Shown: positions 19,234 to 28,865, counted from the stretch's first letter. The stretch: DNA of 64,000 nucleotides from Holosporales bacterium (GCA_031258145.1 JAIRNI010000013.1:3774-67773); one strand, 5' to 3'. Numbers and translations: made by a program. The notes: generated by a model not told the origin, from the letters alone.

Positions 19234-20047
19234 GGTTTGTGTCTTCCTTCTTGAATGTGAGTTGAGCGATATCCGATACAACCGTGGTCTTTGTGATCGA
19301 AACCGAAGTGTATGTGGCGCCATCGGGAAACGTGATCTTAATCTTGCCATCGCACACATCATCCTCCATTGTTGAGAGAGTCTGAAGCGTGACATCCGGC
19401 GCCGGCGGGACGTTGTTCGTGGATATCATGTCTCGTGCCGAGATGATGTTGATGTAACCTTCTGCGTGCAGCCCGGTACCCATATAGAAGCAATATTGCT
19501 GAATATCGGATAATTTCATACCGAGATGATAGCTGCCTGCGAAGAAGTATCCGTGCGTCTTGATGTGCAAGATGTCACTATCTTCGAAAGAGTTGTCCAC
19601 AAAATTTTCGATCTGTATATCGTGGTTTTGTATGCCGAATGTTTTGGTATAAATATCGGGGTTCAGTTTGAGGAAGTCTATCCATTCACGTTTGACTGGC
19701 ATTGATGGCAATTGAAACCCACGGAATCGCAGCATTAATTCGGAGACGAAGCCCTTCATATTGATGCATTGTCCGGAATATATATCGTAGGTCAACGTGT
19801 GTTTTGATGAATCATCGTCTGTGGACGTTGCGTAATGCGTCGTCACATTGACCATGGGAAACTCAGATTTAGGGATGATTGAACAGTGGAGCGTGATATA
19901 TTCTGGATTTTGAGCTGAATCTTCCAGGAGGTACTCTGGTTTCTCACTATTCCCTATCAATATTTCTGTATTATCACTCTCGATCCATGCGAAAACATCG
20001 GTAAACGGCGCACCACTAAAATGTGATCTTGGAATTGGCTTTTTCAT
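19226..20047 (-). CDS. Hypothetical protein (about 273 aa), middle gene of the SleB operon
   Basis: ORF 19226..20068. ATG 20047 (MKKPIPRSHF) is preceded by gaggggag. A TTG at 20068 would overlap the upstream stop as TTGA. No family recognised. Confidence 0.65.
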   Translation of the reverse strand: MKKPIPRSHFSGAPFTDVFAWIESDNTEILIGNSEKPEYLLEDSAQNPEYITLHCSIIPKSEFPMVNVTTHYATSTDDDSSKHTLTYDIYSGQCINMKGFVSELMLRFRGFQLPSMPVKREWIDFLKLNPDIYTKTFGIQNHDIQIENFVDNSFEDSDILHIKTHGYFFAGSYHLGMKLSDIQQYCFYMGTGLHAEGYINIISARDMISTNNVPPAPDVTLQTLSTMEDDVCDGKIKITFPDGATYTSVSITKTTVVSDIAQLTFKKEDTNHE

Positions 20048-20064
20048 ATGGTCTGTTACTCCCC

Positions 20065-21723
20065 TCAAAAGAACTGGATTGGTTCCGATATTTCTTTCAC
20101 TCTTTTTTCACAGTGTTTGGTTTTCAGGGGTTTGACGACGATCATGATTTTCGTTTGATTTTCCCCAAGAAAAGTATTGATCAAGCTCCTGTAATTATCC
20201 TTGTTGATTTTGTTGGATCTAATGAGTTCATCGATGTGTGCCCTTAATTTCGTGAATTGTACCTCGGCTTCATTTTGGATGACGATGTCATGGAGAATAT
20301 CCGAGGCCAGGAATTCTGAGTTTTCCTGAATAGGGATGGGAGGTGGCTTCAGCAGTGGCATACTAACCCCCAAAAAGTTTGCTGGTTCGTCGCCTCGATG
20401 CTCGGCTTGAGCGGCCATATGATCAGTAAGTCCAGTACAGCCCTGCGCCTGTGCTTCTATGCTCATGCCACCAATTCTTTTTGAGGATGAGTATATATCT
20501 TGAGATTTCTCGAAGGCCATAGCCGTGACTTTTATGATGCTCTTTTGAGGAGTTAGCTCGAATTCCAACTTCGTAATCTTGGCAGTATAATCATTTACTC
20601 TAATCCACGTGTCGCACCCAAGATTCATGGTTTCTTCGGTAAACGGGATCGTGAATGATATCTCGACGTTCCTCATGGACAATGCAATGTAGTTCCCGAT
20701 CCCCTCGAAAATGTTCTCCAAAATTAGGCGGCCGGTTTCGCTCGAGAAAAAGCTACGCATCTCAATGTTTTCGACGAATTCTTGGACGTTATGGAGATTG
20801 ATCTTCAATCTTTCTGTTCTGGACGCTTCACTGTTTTCACCGATCTTTATGCGAGCCCTCAAAACTTCGGTCATAAACTGATCGAAGCCCCAGGATATCG
20901 TCAGTTTACTATCGAAGAATCCTCGCCGTAGCCTGATCTCTGGGATATCATCGGCGATCTTGAGAGGCGGAGTCATGGTTCCCATCGATTCATCCTCCTC
21001 GAGTTTCGAATGACTGACGTAGTATTTCGTGGACTTTGCATTTTGATGATGAGAAATCCGGTCACCGAAGCCGGGCCATGAATGCATGAGTTTCTTCGGC
21101 GTTAAGGTGTTAATCTTCCCCGCCCTAAATCTATTCGCGATCCTGGCGGCGAGATCAATATCGCCCTCAAAACGCGCGATCCAAGATGCGATGATTTCAA
21201 CAGAAATCTCGGAGATTGATGTCTTTTTGTGATCGATCGTTAGTGAATCAAATATGATGTTATCATTAACATCGATGGGATTCGATGCGGGAACGATGAG
21301 CGAGACACGCCGTTGCTCCCCGGTTCTTGAGCATTGATCGAACACTATCGGCACGGCGATATCCGGATTTTCCTGTCGAAATTTCTCGAGGATTTCCTGA
21401 TGCGGGTATCCTGATTCTGGAGGCTCAGAATGTTCTGAAGCCTCGTGAGACGAGCCACCAGTTACAAGAGTCTGGAGTCCCACCCTGAGAATCTCCCCAT
21501 CCAGAAGGAGTGACGTTACATTCCCCGTAAATATCAATTTCTCATTATGTTTAACCTCACAAATGTCGAGGTCTTTAATCCTATCAAACGCGGCACTTGG
21601 AAGATTTATCAGGCATCTCGGAATCTTGCCCTCAGATTCAAAGGTCTTGAGGGCATATATTGCAGGTGTCTCAAATGTCTCTCCAGAATTATTGCCTTGT
21701 TTAAACGTAAGCGTCGTCTTCAT
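20065..21723 (-). CDS. Hypothetical protein (552 aa), first gene of the SleB operon
   Basis: ATG 21723 (MKTTLTFKQGNN) with a perfect SD AAGGAGG (rc of 21733-21739) 9 nt upstream. No signal peptide or TM. No family recognised from memory. Confidence 0.75.
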   Translation of the reverse strand: MKTTLTFKQGNNSGETFETPAIYALKTFESEGKIPRCLINLPSAAFDRIKDLDICEVKHNEKLIFTGNVTSLLLDGEILRVGLQTLVTGGSSHEASEHSEPPESGYPHQEILEKFRQENPDIAVPIVFDQCSRTGEQRRVSLIVPASNPIDVNDNIIFDSLTIDHKKTSISEISVEIIASWIARFEGDIDLAARIANRFRAGKINTLTPKKLMHSWPGFGDRISHHQNAKSTKYYVSHSKLEEDESMGTMTPPLKIADDIPEIRLRRGFFDSKLTISWGFDQFMTEVLRARIKIGENSEASRTERLKINLHNVQEFVENIEMRSFFSSETGRLILENIFEGIGNYIALSMRNVEISFTIPFTEETMNLGCDTWIRVNDYTAKITKLEFELTPQKSIIKVTAMAFEKSQDIYSSSKRIGGMSIEAQAQGCTGLTDHMAAQAEHRGDEPANFLGVSMPLLKPPPIPIQENSEFLASDILHDIVIQNEAEVQFTKLRAHIDELIRSNKINKDNYRSLINTFLGENQTKIMIVVKPLKTKHCEKRVKEISEPIQFF

Positions 21724-22152
21724 TATTTGATTCCTCCTTATACTCACGCAATTCGATAAAAACGTAAGTGTTTATTGAGTCTAATATCGAGAATTGTTAT
21801 TATGTTTAATACATCCAATTATATGATTGTTAAATGGAGTGGGTATACTTTGAAATTTGAGATTGGATTTTATTTGGGGAAAAGTCGTGGTGGATTTGTT
21901 TACCCACAACATCAGGATACGAGCTTACTCAATTCACGTGCAACATGAATTTTAGCCCAAAAGAACTATCCCGAGAATAAAATATGAGAGTTTCCAAAAA
22001 CAGATAGATCGAGTTCTTGTTTGGTCGTTCCTGTTAGAGCCTTCAACACTCGAGGGCAATTAAGGATTCTTGGAGGATTAAGCACGATTCTTAAAACATG
22101 AACGTTCCCTGGAACACAACATAGCCCTTTTATCTAACATTGAACGGATTTA

Positions 22153-22998
22153 TCATATTAGATGCTCCGACAATGCTAAAAACTTTTGGGGCGCTATCGT
22201 TTCTGGACGCGCAGTTTTCTCGATGCAACATTCCCTGAGACTCATCGCAACCTTAGGTTCGTCATAATATTTTTTCAATATGGAATAAATCATCTTCCTG
22301 CGGTGCTGGAAGCAGTATTGAGTAAGCCTCTGGAGGTGATCGATATTCCCAACCTTCACTGCTTTGGGGATTAATCTAATAACGGTGGAATCAACTTTGG
22401 GCGGCGGATAAAAGGCTAACCTCGAGACGGGGACAAGCTTTTCGACGTTGCATAGAAGCTGGGTGATCACGGACAGCCTCCCATACTCTTTCATCCCCGG
22501 GACCGAGCAGATCCTATCGGCCACTTCTTTTTGGAACATCAGGACCATCTTCTCGATGTCCTTCAGATCGAGCAGCCAATTAATGAGCAGTTGAGTCCCA
22601 ACGTTGTATGGGAGATTCGAAACAATGATAATCTTTCTAGGCGTTAAAGATTGGGGGCGGATTTTAAGGGCGTCTTCATAGATGACCCGGCAATTCTCCA
22701 CCCCATTCAGGACATCTCGATGCAATGGTTCAAGCATGGTATCTTTTTCTATGCAATGCAGCCTATTCGAATCACAGAATTTGATGATGGCCCGAGTTAA
22801 TCCACACGGTCCAGGCCCTATCTCGAGGATATCTGCATCTCCGAAAGGTAAGGAGCATTTTACTATTTTCTCCAGAAGGGACTGATCACAAAGAAAATGC
22901 TGACCAAAATGCTTGGAACGGCGCCTATCCTTCAGCAGATTGTATCGCGTGATAATCTGCCGAATGGACTCCTGATTCTGCGGAAACACATAATTCAA
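22153..22998 (-). CDS. rsmA: 16S rRNA (adenine1518/1519-N6)-dimethyltransferase
   Basis: HFGQHFLCDQSLLEKIV, SAM site EIGPGPCGLTRAI, VSNLPYNVGTQLL. Confidence 0.93.
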   Translation of the reverse strand: MNYVFPQNQESIRQIITRYNLLKDRRRSKHFGQHFLCDQSLLEKIVKCSLPFGDADILEIGPGPCGLTRAIIKFCDSNRLHCIEKDTMLEPLHRDVLNGVENCRVIYEDALKIRPQSLTPRKIIIVSNLPYNVGTQLLINWLLDLKDIEKMVLMFQKEVADRICSVPGMKEYGRLSVITQLLCNVEKLVPVSRLAFYPPPKVDSTVIRLIPKAVKVGNIDHLQRLTQYCFQHRRKMIYSILKKYYDEPKVAMSLRECCIEKTARPETIAPQKFLALSEHLI

Positions 22999-23243
22999 CC
23001 AATCACTCTAGCCCTGGATGATATAGAAAGGGCCATCGTATACCCTGCGAGGATTCTTTTCATCAAAAAAATTGAGACTATACTCGCGCAATTCTGGAAA
23101 CACGTACGTGGTTATCAAATTGCATTGAGTGAGTGTACCTAAGCTATGACCCGGCTAGCCGGAACAAACATATCGCCATCGCAACATTGTGTTTGGTATA
23201 ATTGTTCGCGTGATTCATATGTTGGGTGTTATGAGGGGGCGCC

Positions 23244-23867
23244 ATGTCTTCCAGTTTAAAGATAGCTAAAAGAGAAACTTCTGGAAAGAAGGCGGCCAGA
23301 AGAATGCGGCACAATGGCTTGGTGCCTGGGATCATTTATGGGGATAGCAAAGAACCTACCCTCGTTGAAATCGGCGAGAAGGAGCTTAAGATCGAATGCC
23401 AATCTGCGGCGTTCTTCGGGCATACCATTGAATTGAGGCTGGGATCGGTTCTGGAGAAATTCATCCCAAAAAAGGTCGATTTTCATCCGGTTACTGATGC
23501 GCCAATTCACGTTGATTTTCAGCGTATTTCGAAGGGGGAGAAGATTAAGGTTAGTATTCCAGTTGAGTTCATCAATGATGATAAGTCTCCTGGAATGAAG
23601 AAGGGCGGGGTCATTAACTGCATTGTCCACAGATTGGAGTGTTATTGTTCGCCGGACTCGATTCCCGAGAAAATCTCTCTGGATTTAAGTGGCAGAGAAA
23701 TAGGGAGCAGCTTCATTCTGGCGGAAATTGAACTACCAGAGGAGGTCGTCCCAGTCAATGCAGAACGAGACGCCGTGATTGCGACGATCGTGGGCGCTCG
23801 TACCGGAGCCACGGATGATGCTTCCGAATCAACCGAAACTGACGATGCATCTGCGTCAAATACGTAG
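23244..23867 (+). CDS. rplY: 50S ribosomal protein L25/general stress protein Ctc
   Basis: RETSGKKAARRMRHNGLVPGIIYG N-terminus, two-domain Ctc form, acidic tail. Confidence 0.9.
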   Translation: MSSSLKIAKRETSGKKAARRMRHNGLVPGIIYGDSKEPTLVEIGEKELKIECQSAAFFGHTIELRLGSVLEKFIPKKVDFHPVTDAPIHVDFQRISKGEKIKVSIPVEFINDDKSPGMKKGGVINCIVHRLECYCSPDSIPEKISLDLSGREIGSSFILAEIELPEEVVPVNAERDAVIATIVGARTGATDDASESTETDDASASNT

Positions 23868-23870
23868 ACT

Positions 23871-24404
23871 ATGTTTCTATTGGTTGGACTCGGTAATCCA
23901 GGAGCGGAGTATCGGTATACCCGTCACAATATTGGATTTCTGTTCCTCGATTACCTGGCATCCTCCGAAAAGTTTCCGGATTTTAAGCCGAGATTTGAGT
24001 CGCTGTGTTCGGCGGGGCAAATAAACGGGGAGAAGGTTATTCTGCAGAAACCCCAGACATTCATGAATCTGTCTGGACGGGCCGTTGGTCAATTGGCCGG
24101 TTTCTATGAAATTCCTTCTGAACATGTGTTCGTCTTTCATGACGACATAGACCTGTCTCCATTTGATGTCCGGATAAAGAAGGGGGGTAGTAGCGGGGGG
24201 CACAATGGCCTGAGGAGTATAGACCCCGTGATAGGGAGAGATTATTGGAGAGTACGGATCGGAGTTGGGAGACCTGAAACTAAGGATCAGGTTACCAATT
24301 ATGTCGTATCGAACTTCATGAAGAAAGATTACGAACATTTTGAGACGGTGGTATTTCCAGAGATTTCCAAGATGCTTCTCGAAAGGTTTTGTTCGGGTAA
24401 TTAA
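23871..24404 (+). CDS. pth: Peptidyl-tRNA hydrolase
   Basis: MFLLVGLGNPGAEYRYTRHNIGF, HDDIDL, GGHNGLRSI. Confidence 0.95.
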   Translation: MFLLVGLGNPGAEYRYTRHNIGFLFLDYLASSEKFPDFKPRFESLCSAGQINGEKVILQKPQTFMNLSGRAVGQLAGFYEIPSEHVFVFHDDIDLSPFDVRIKKGGSSGGHNGLRSIDPVIGRDYWRVRIGVGRPETKDQVTNYVVSNFMKKDYEHFETVVFPEISKMLLERFCSGN

Positions 24405-24407
24405 AGA

Positions 24408-24495
24408 TATACTCACACAATTTAATCAACATCTAAGTGTTTATTAAATTTGGTATCGAAAAAAATTGGCCGAAGGCGGCTTCTGAGCCAATTTT
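24408..24495 (-). repeat. Partial copy of repeat family C (hairpin + palindrome module), inverted
   Basis: The reverse complement reads aaaattggctcagaagccgccttcggccaattttt..ccaaatttaataaacacttagatgttgatt..gtgtgagtata, matching the 3' half of the 183-nt unit at 50864 and 59240. It begins 3 nt after the pth stop. Confidence 0.8.
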
Positions 24496-24630
24496 GTACT
24501 TTAATCAATATAGCAGTTATGATGGGTGCCAACTGTGTTGAGTATAAATTAAAAAAATATCGATTAATTAATCATTAATGATTGTCAATTAGTGTTATAT
24601 TGTGAATTAGTAATTTGATGCATAGTATCA

Positions 24631-26178
24631 ATGATATTAAATTTTATTCGTTTTTCGATACTACTTGTTTTCTTAATGTTTAATGGGGCCGCCGCCACAA
24701 ATGATGTGAACTTCGCGTATATTCTGAATAATAAGGATCCAAGCGGTATTTTTACATCCATTGTCTCGGTATTGCAAACTTATAACGACGACGCAAACAA
24801 CGATAACTTGAATTTTTATATTATTGATCCGGCCAGCAATGAGCGGCTAGATTTCACGGGTCTTCGCGAAAGAATTAGCAAATTAGTGCAGTCATCTCAA
24901 AAATTTAATACGTGGCAACTGGTAGGCGTTCCCAGCCTGAGTAAACTAACTGGATTTAATTACGACGCAAACAATGAGAATCTCAAATATTTTCTATCGC
25001 ATCTTTTGGATTCATTTGAAGTTCAAAGAATCATATTCCTTAGTGAAAACACTTTGGTTGTCAGTAATCTCAGATTTTTATGGACCAAAAGCAAAGATAT
25101 TAGCGATCAATGTATCATATCGGTGAATGGAGATTATTCGACGGAGTCTACGACTTTACAACGTTACGTGATTGGATGTATGGTCGCCAATCTCGCTCTA
25201 ATGAAAACTCATCAATTTTTGGTGAAGATTTTGGAAATAAGAGACAAGCACCCAACCATGGCTTTTGATGAGGCTTTTTACCAGTATAAAAATGAGGTGA
25301 TGGGCAATACTAAGCCCAATTTAAATATTAGATATGACGCGTTGGTCCCTTCCCTTCCCAGCAAGAAGCAATTTCTGAGTTTTGTCGATGATGATCCAGA
25401 GACAACCACCCTTATAGATGAGAAAATAGAAGAATTCTCCAAATTAACGGTGATGAACTACGGGACGGGTGCTAATCCATACGATTATGACGCAAAAGGT
25501 GTGAAGCAAAAGGACGATGCAGCGGTGCCGAACGAATGGCCATACCAAAAATGGTCTATCAGAAAGTATCATGAGTACTACATAACGGTGCAGCCATTAA
25601 CATATCTCGAACCAGAAGCGGTAGAAGAAATTCCCCTCCCTGAAGAATCCGTGGATACTGACGAACCCGTAACACCAGGAGGGGATGGTGGATCACAGAG
25701 TCCTGACGAACCCGTAACACCAGGAGGGGGTGGTGGATCACAGAGTCCTGAAGAGCCCGTAACACCAGGAGGGGATGGTGGATCACAGAGTCCTGAAGAG
25801 CCCGATACACCAGGAGGGGATGGTGGATCACAGAGTCCTGAAGAGCCCGTAACACCAGGAGGGGGTGGTGGATCACAGAGTCCTGAAGAGCCCGTAACAC
25901 CAGGAGGGGATGGTGGATCACAGAGTCCTGACGAACCCGATACACCAGGAGGGGATGGTGGATCACAGAGTCCTGAAGATCCCGATACACCAGGAGGGGA
26001 TGGTGGATCACAGAGTCCTGACGAACCCGATACACCAGAAGGGGATGGTGGATCACAGAGTCCTGATGAATCTGTCGCTAATCCCTTATTCCTTGGGAAA
26101 TTCCGGATTAATTTGCATCTTGGGTTCAGCCAACCAAAGTACTACTCTGGTTCTTTACCCCGTTCTTCCTTACACTGA
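24631..26178 (+). CDS. Secreted protein with a GT8-like (GT-A fold) N-terminal domain and C-terminal 15-aa tandem repeats
   Basis: Signal-like MILNFIRFSILLVFLMFNGAAA. The layout VNFAYIL..TSIVSVLQ..LNFYII..RIIFLSENTLVVSNLRFLW..CIISVNGD resembles glycosyltransferase family 8, but the expected DxD position reads SEN. The C-terminus has 9 x (E-P-V/D-T-P-G-G-D/G-G-G-S-Q-S-P-D/E). The family call is from memory and low certainty. Confidence 0.7.
   Translation: MILNFIRFSILLVFLMFNGAAATNDVNFAYILNNKDPSGIFTSIVSVLQTYNDDANNDNLNFYIIDPASNERLDFTGLRERISKLVQSSQKFNTWQLVGVPSLSKLTGFNYDANNENLKYFLSHLLDSFEVQRIIFLSENTLVVSNLRFLWTKSKDISDQCIISVNGDYSTESTTLQRYVIGCMVANLALMKTHQFLVKILEIRDKHPTMAFDEAFYQYKNEVMGNTKPNLNIRYDALVPSLPSKKQFLSFVDDDPETTTLIDEKIEEFSKLTVMNYGTGANPYDYDAKGVKQKDDAAVPNEWPYQKWSIRKYHEYYITVQPLTYLEPEAVEEIPLPEESVDTDEPVTPGGDGGSQSPDEPVTPGGGGGSQSPEEPVTPGGDGGSQSPEEPDTPGGDGGSQSPEEPVTPGGGGGSQSPEEPVTPGGDGGSQSPDEPDTPGGDGGSQSPEDPDTPGGDGGSQSPDEPDTPEGDGGSQSPDESVANPLFLGKFRINLHLGFSQPKYYSGSLPRSSLH
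25663..26067 (+). repeat. Tandem repeat, 9 x 45 bp, in frame
   Basis: The unit gaacccgtaacaccaggaggggatggtggatcacagagtcctgac is repeated head-to-tail with a few substitutions per copy. Confidence 0.95.
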
Positions 26179-26442
26179 TGCGAAGCAGCCATCTAATACT
26201 TGGAGAATAACCCAGCTGCATTGTGCCAGTAAGTAACGAATAGTGCTGATGGTGGTTGAAATGCGCGGGGTAAGGGAGGAAGTGGAGTGAAGTGTCTGGG
26301 CGGTTTAACATTACCAATGAATTATCCGAAGCAGTGACTGCCATGTTGGCTGATTATGAGGCCAAAATAAAATTGTGGCCGGCTTCACGGAGTGATACTA
26401 TCAGAGGGGTGCGAGCCGATTTTGCTTTCCTTAACGCAGCTA

Positions 26443-27315
26443 TTATTGTGCTTTGTGAAGATAGGCAAGTATTGGCCATAATATATTACAGTAACTTGCC
26501 TGCATGATTCCAAAGATATCCACGAATTTTGGACTATCCATTTGCTTGATCGCAAGGTGAATTATTGGCCATGCAATTAATACCAAAAATCCTGGAGGTG
26601 GTATAATGCGAGCGTAGATTAGTATTGGAATACATAGGAAACTAAGGTGTACTGATGAAAACAGGATGGTATACGATCCTTTCAATCCGATGACCGTCGG
26701 TAGTGTTTTTATTCGCCCCCTATCGAATGCGTAATCCCTGACGTTGTTGGCCAATAACACGCACATCGTCAAAAGGCCGATCGGAATAGATAGCAGCATG
26801 TCCTCGATGCATACCCGTTCGACCAATGAGTATAAGCACGAAAAGAACAATAGTGGCCCATACGCGATGAATACTCCGATTTCTCCAAACGACTTGTATT
26901 TATACCTCAAGGGCCATTCACTGTAAAACAGCGATAACCCAGCGCCAATTATTCCGGGTATGAGCAGGATCATGGAAGATAGAGCGAGTGCTATGATGCC
27001 AGATATGGATGCCAGTGAAAACGCTCCAGTACCGAGACGCTTAATTTTCGTGGGCTCAATGATGCCGGAAACCAATCTGTATTTGGGGCCATCAATGTTC
27101 CCATCATCTACCCCCCTTATGAAGTCACGATATTCCGAGATAGTATTGGTCGCCAAATGGAATAGCAAAACAGCGATTGCAACGAAGATAAAAGGTTTGA
27201 GATGTAGATGAGAATACTTAAGTCTAGAGTAGAAATACGTGCAGAGTATCGGACCGGCGGACATGGCGAGCGTATGTGCGCGAGCAACCCTGATGTATAT
27301 CAGCCAATTAACCAT
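26443..27315 (-). CDS. UbiA-family prenyltransferase (MenA-like)
   Basis: Polytopic membrane protein with NTISEYRDFIRGVDD and ANNVRDYAFDRGRIKTLPTVIG (NxxxDxxxD and NNxRDxxxDxxxGxxTL motifs). Confidence 0.8.
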   Translation of the reverse strand: MVNWLIYIRVARAHTLAMSAGPILCTYFYSRLKYSHLHLKPFIFVAIAVLLFHLATNTISEYRDFIRGVDDGNIDGPKYRLVSGIIEPTKIKRLGTGAFSLASISGIIALALSSMILLIPGIIGAGLSLFYSEWPLRYKYKSFGEIGVFIAYGPLLFFSCLYSLVERVCIEDMLLSIPIGLLTMCVLLANNVRDYAFDRGRIKTLPTVIGLKGSYTILFSSVHLSFLCIPILIYARIIPPPGFLVLIAWPIIHLAIKQMDSPKFVDIFGIMQASYCNILWPILAYLHKAQ

Positions 27316-27991
27316 TAAATTTATCCATCAGCTTACGCAGTGCTATGAAGTCCTTGAATGCTTGCAACTTCTGATTGGGTGATCTAAGTAGATAAGCCGG
27401 ATGAAAAGTTGGGATCACATCTATTCCTAAGACCTTTCTATTCACGCCCCGTAGCCGTGAAATGGGAACGTTGGTGTCTAAAACGGCCCTAACGGCGACT
27501 CCCCCCAAAAGAACTATCACCTTCGGTTGGGCCAGAGCTATATGTCTCATTACATACGGTAGACACAGCGCTACCTCATCGGCGGACGGCGTTCTATTCC
27601 CCGGAGGCCTCCAGTAAACGACATTCGTTATATAGACAGCAGATCGCTTGATTCCAACAGCTAGCAGCATATTATTCAGAAGCATTCCACTTTGCCCGAC
27701 GAACGGCTTCCCTTGTTCGTCCTCCTCCTGACCGGGAGCCTCTCCAATGAGCATTATATCGGCTTCAGGGACGCCATCTGCAAAGACCGTATTCTTCGCC
27801 ATTCTTTTTAGGGGGCAGTCTATCGATCGGACAGACATTTCTAACGCTTCGATGCTAGCGGCCTCACAAGTTTTTCGTGACCCTTGATGTTGGCCAGTAT
27901 CCCCGGTATACTCAGGTAAATTTTGGGTGGAACTCTGGGGCACACGATGCAGGAAGCAATCGATCCCGAAAGTCCCGTACCATCTGGCCAT
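27308..27991 (-). CDS. Uracil-DNA glycosylase, family 4
   Basis: IMLIGEAPGQEEDEQGKPFVGQSGMLLNNML and IPTFHPAYLLRSP. The start is uncertain (ATG 27991, 28012 or 28042); the two longer choices overlap the divergent ispE start. Confidence 0.85.
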   Translation of the reverse strand: MARWYGTFGIDCFLHRVPQSSTQNLPEYTGDTGQHQGSRKTCEAASIEALEMSVRSIDCPLKRMAKNTVFADGVPEADIMLIGEAPGQEEDEQGKPFVGQSGMLLNNMLLAVGIKRSAVYITNVVYWRPPGNRTPSADEVALCLPYVMRHIALAQPKVIVLLGGVAVRAVLDTNVPISRLRGVNRKVLGIDVIPTFHPAYLLRSPNQKLQAFKDFIALRKLMDKFNG

Positions 27992-28013
27992 ATGTTTTAA
28001 AAGATCGTGCATA

Positions 28014-28865
28014 ATGCGGATACTAACACGAGCTGTAGCCAAAGTAAATTTGATGTTGAGGATTATCGGGAGGTCGGCATACGGTGGATATCACGAGTTG
28101 CAGAGTCTCTTCGTGTTCTTGGGCGAGATTTTCGATGTCCTCGAGTTCGATACAGATGTTGAATTCAACGAAACATCCGGGCACATTGATGGCGTTCCGG
28201 ATGAAGATAATTCAATAAGGATTGCCGCCGATATCCTGAAGCGTAAATTCTACAAAAAAGTGCCGCACGTAACCGTCAGGAAAAAGTTGCCGATTGGTGG
28301 AGGTATCGGTGGCGGCTCGAGTGATGCCGCCTGCTTCGTCAACACGGTCATGGATATCTGGCAGATTCCCCACAGCGATAAATTGAGGAATATTAGATTA
28401 TTCAGGATACTTGGTTCGGACGCCACGGTTTTTCTTCATAAATATATTCTTAATACCAATATGTTGTTTTTAGAGGGAACGGGGCTCGATGGTTCCATCA
28501 GCCCAATCCTCATCCAGGAGTTACACAGATGCTGCGTGATCCTTATACGGAATGATATATACTTGAGTACAAAAGATATCTATGAAACCTTTGAGGGACC
28601 AATCCTGAACCCAATACGTAAGGATGACTGCGACTTTCCTTCTCTCAAGAACTTTCACAACTCACTGCAGGAGACGGCCTTAGATGCGAAGGCAGATCTC
28701 TATCCCATACTGGAGGCGATACGCAGGACGAATCCCTATTGCTGCGGTATTGCGGGCTCCGGATCCGTTTGTTTCGGACTATACGAATCACTGGAGCAGG
28801 GGCTCGCCGCGAAAGAAATATATCAAGCCCACGGCTACGATTATTTGGAGTTATCAAGGATATAG
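28014..28865 (+). CDS. ispE: 4-diphosphocytidyl-2-C-methyl-D-erythritol kinase
   Basis: MRILTRAVAKVNLMLRIIG..GYHELQSLF and the GHMP kinase motif KKLPIGGGIGGGSSDAA. Uses the internal ATG 28014 of the track ORF. Confidence 0.9.
   Translation: MRILTRAVAKVNLMLRIIGRSAYGGYHELQSLFVFLGEIFDVLEFDTDVEFNETSGHIDGVPDEDNSIRIAADILKRKFYKKVPHVTVRKKLPIGGGIGGGSSDAACFVNTVMDIWQIPHSDKLRNIRLFRILGSDATVFLHKYILNTNMLFLEGTGLDGSISPILIQELHRCCVILIRNDIYLSTKDIYETFEGPILNPIRKDDCDFPSLKNFHNSLQETALDAKADLYPILEAIRRTNPYCCGIAGSGSVCFGLYESLEQGLAAKEIYQAHGYDYLELSRI

Noticed and set aside
25559-26236. ORFs 25559..26056 (-) and 25910..26236 (+), with repetitive HHPLLV / MVDHRVL peptides
   Set aside because: They are alternative-frame and antisense readings of the 45-bp tandem repeat. 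Their periodicity comes from the repeat, not from independent coding.
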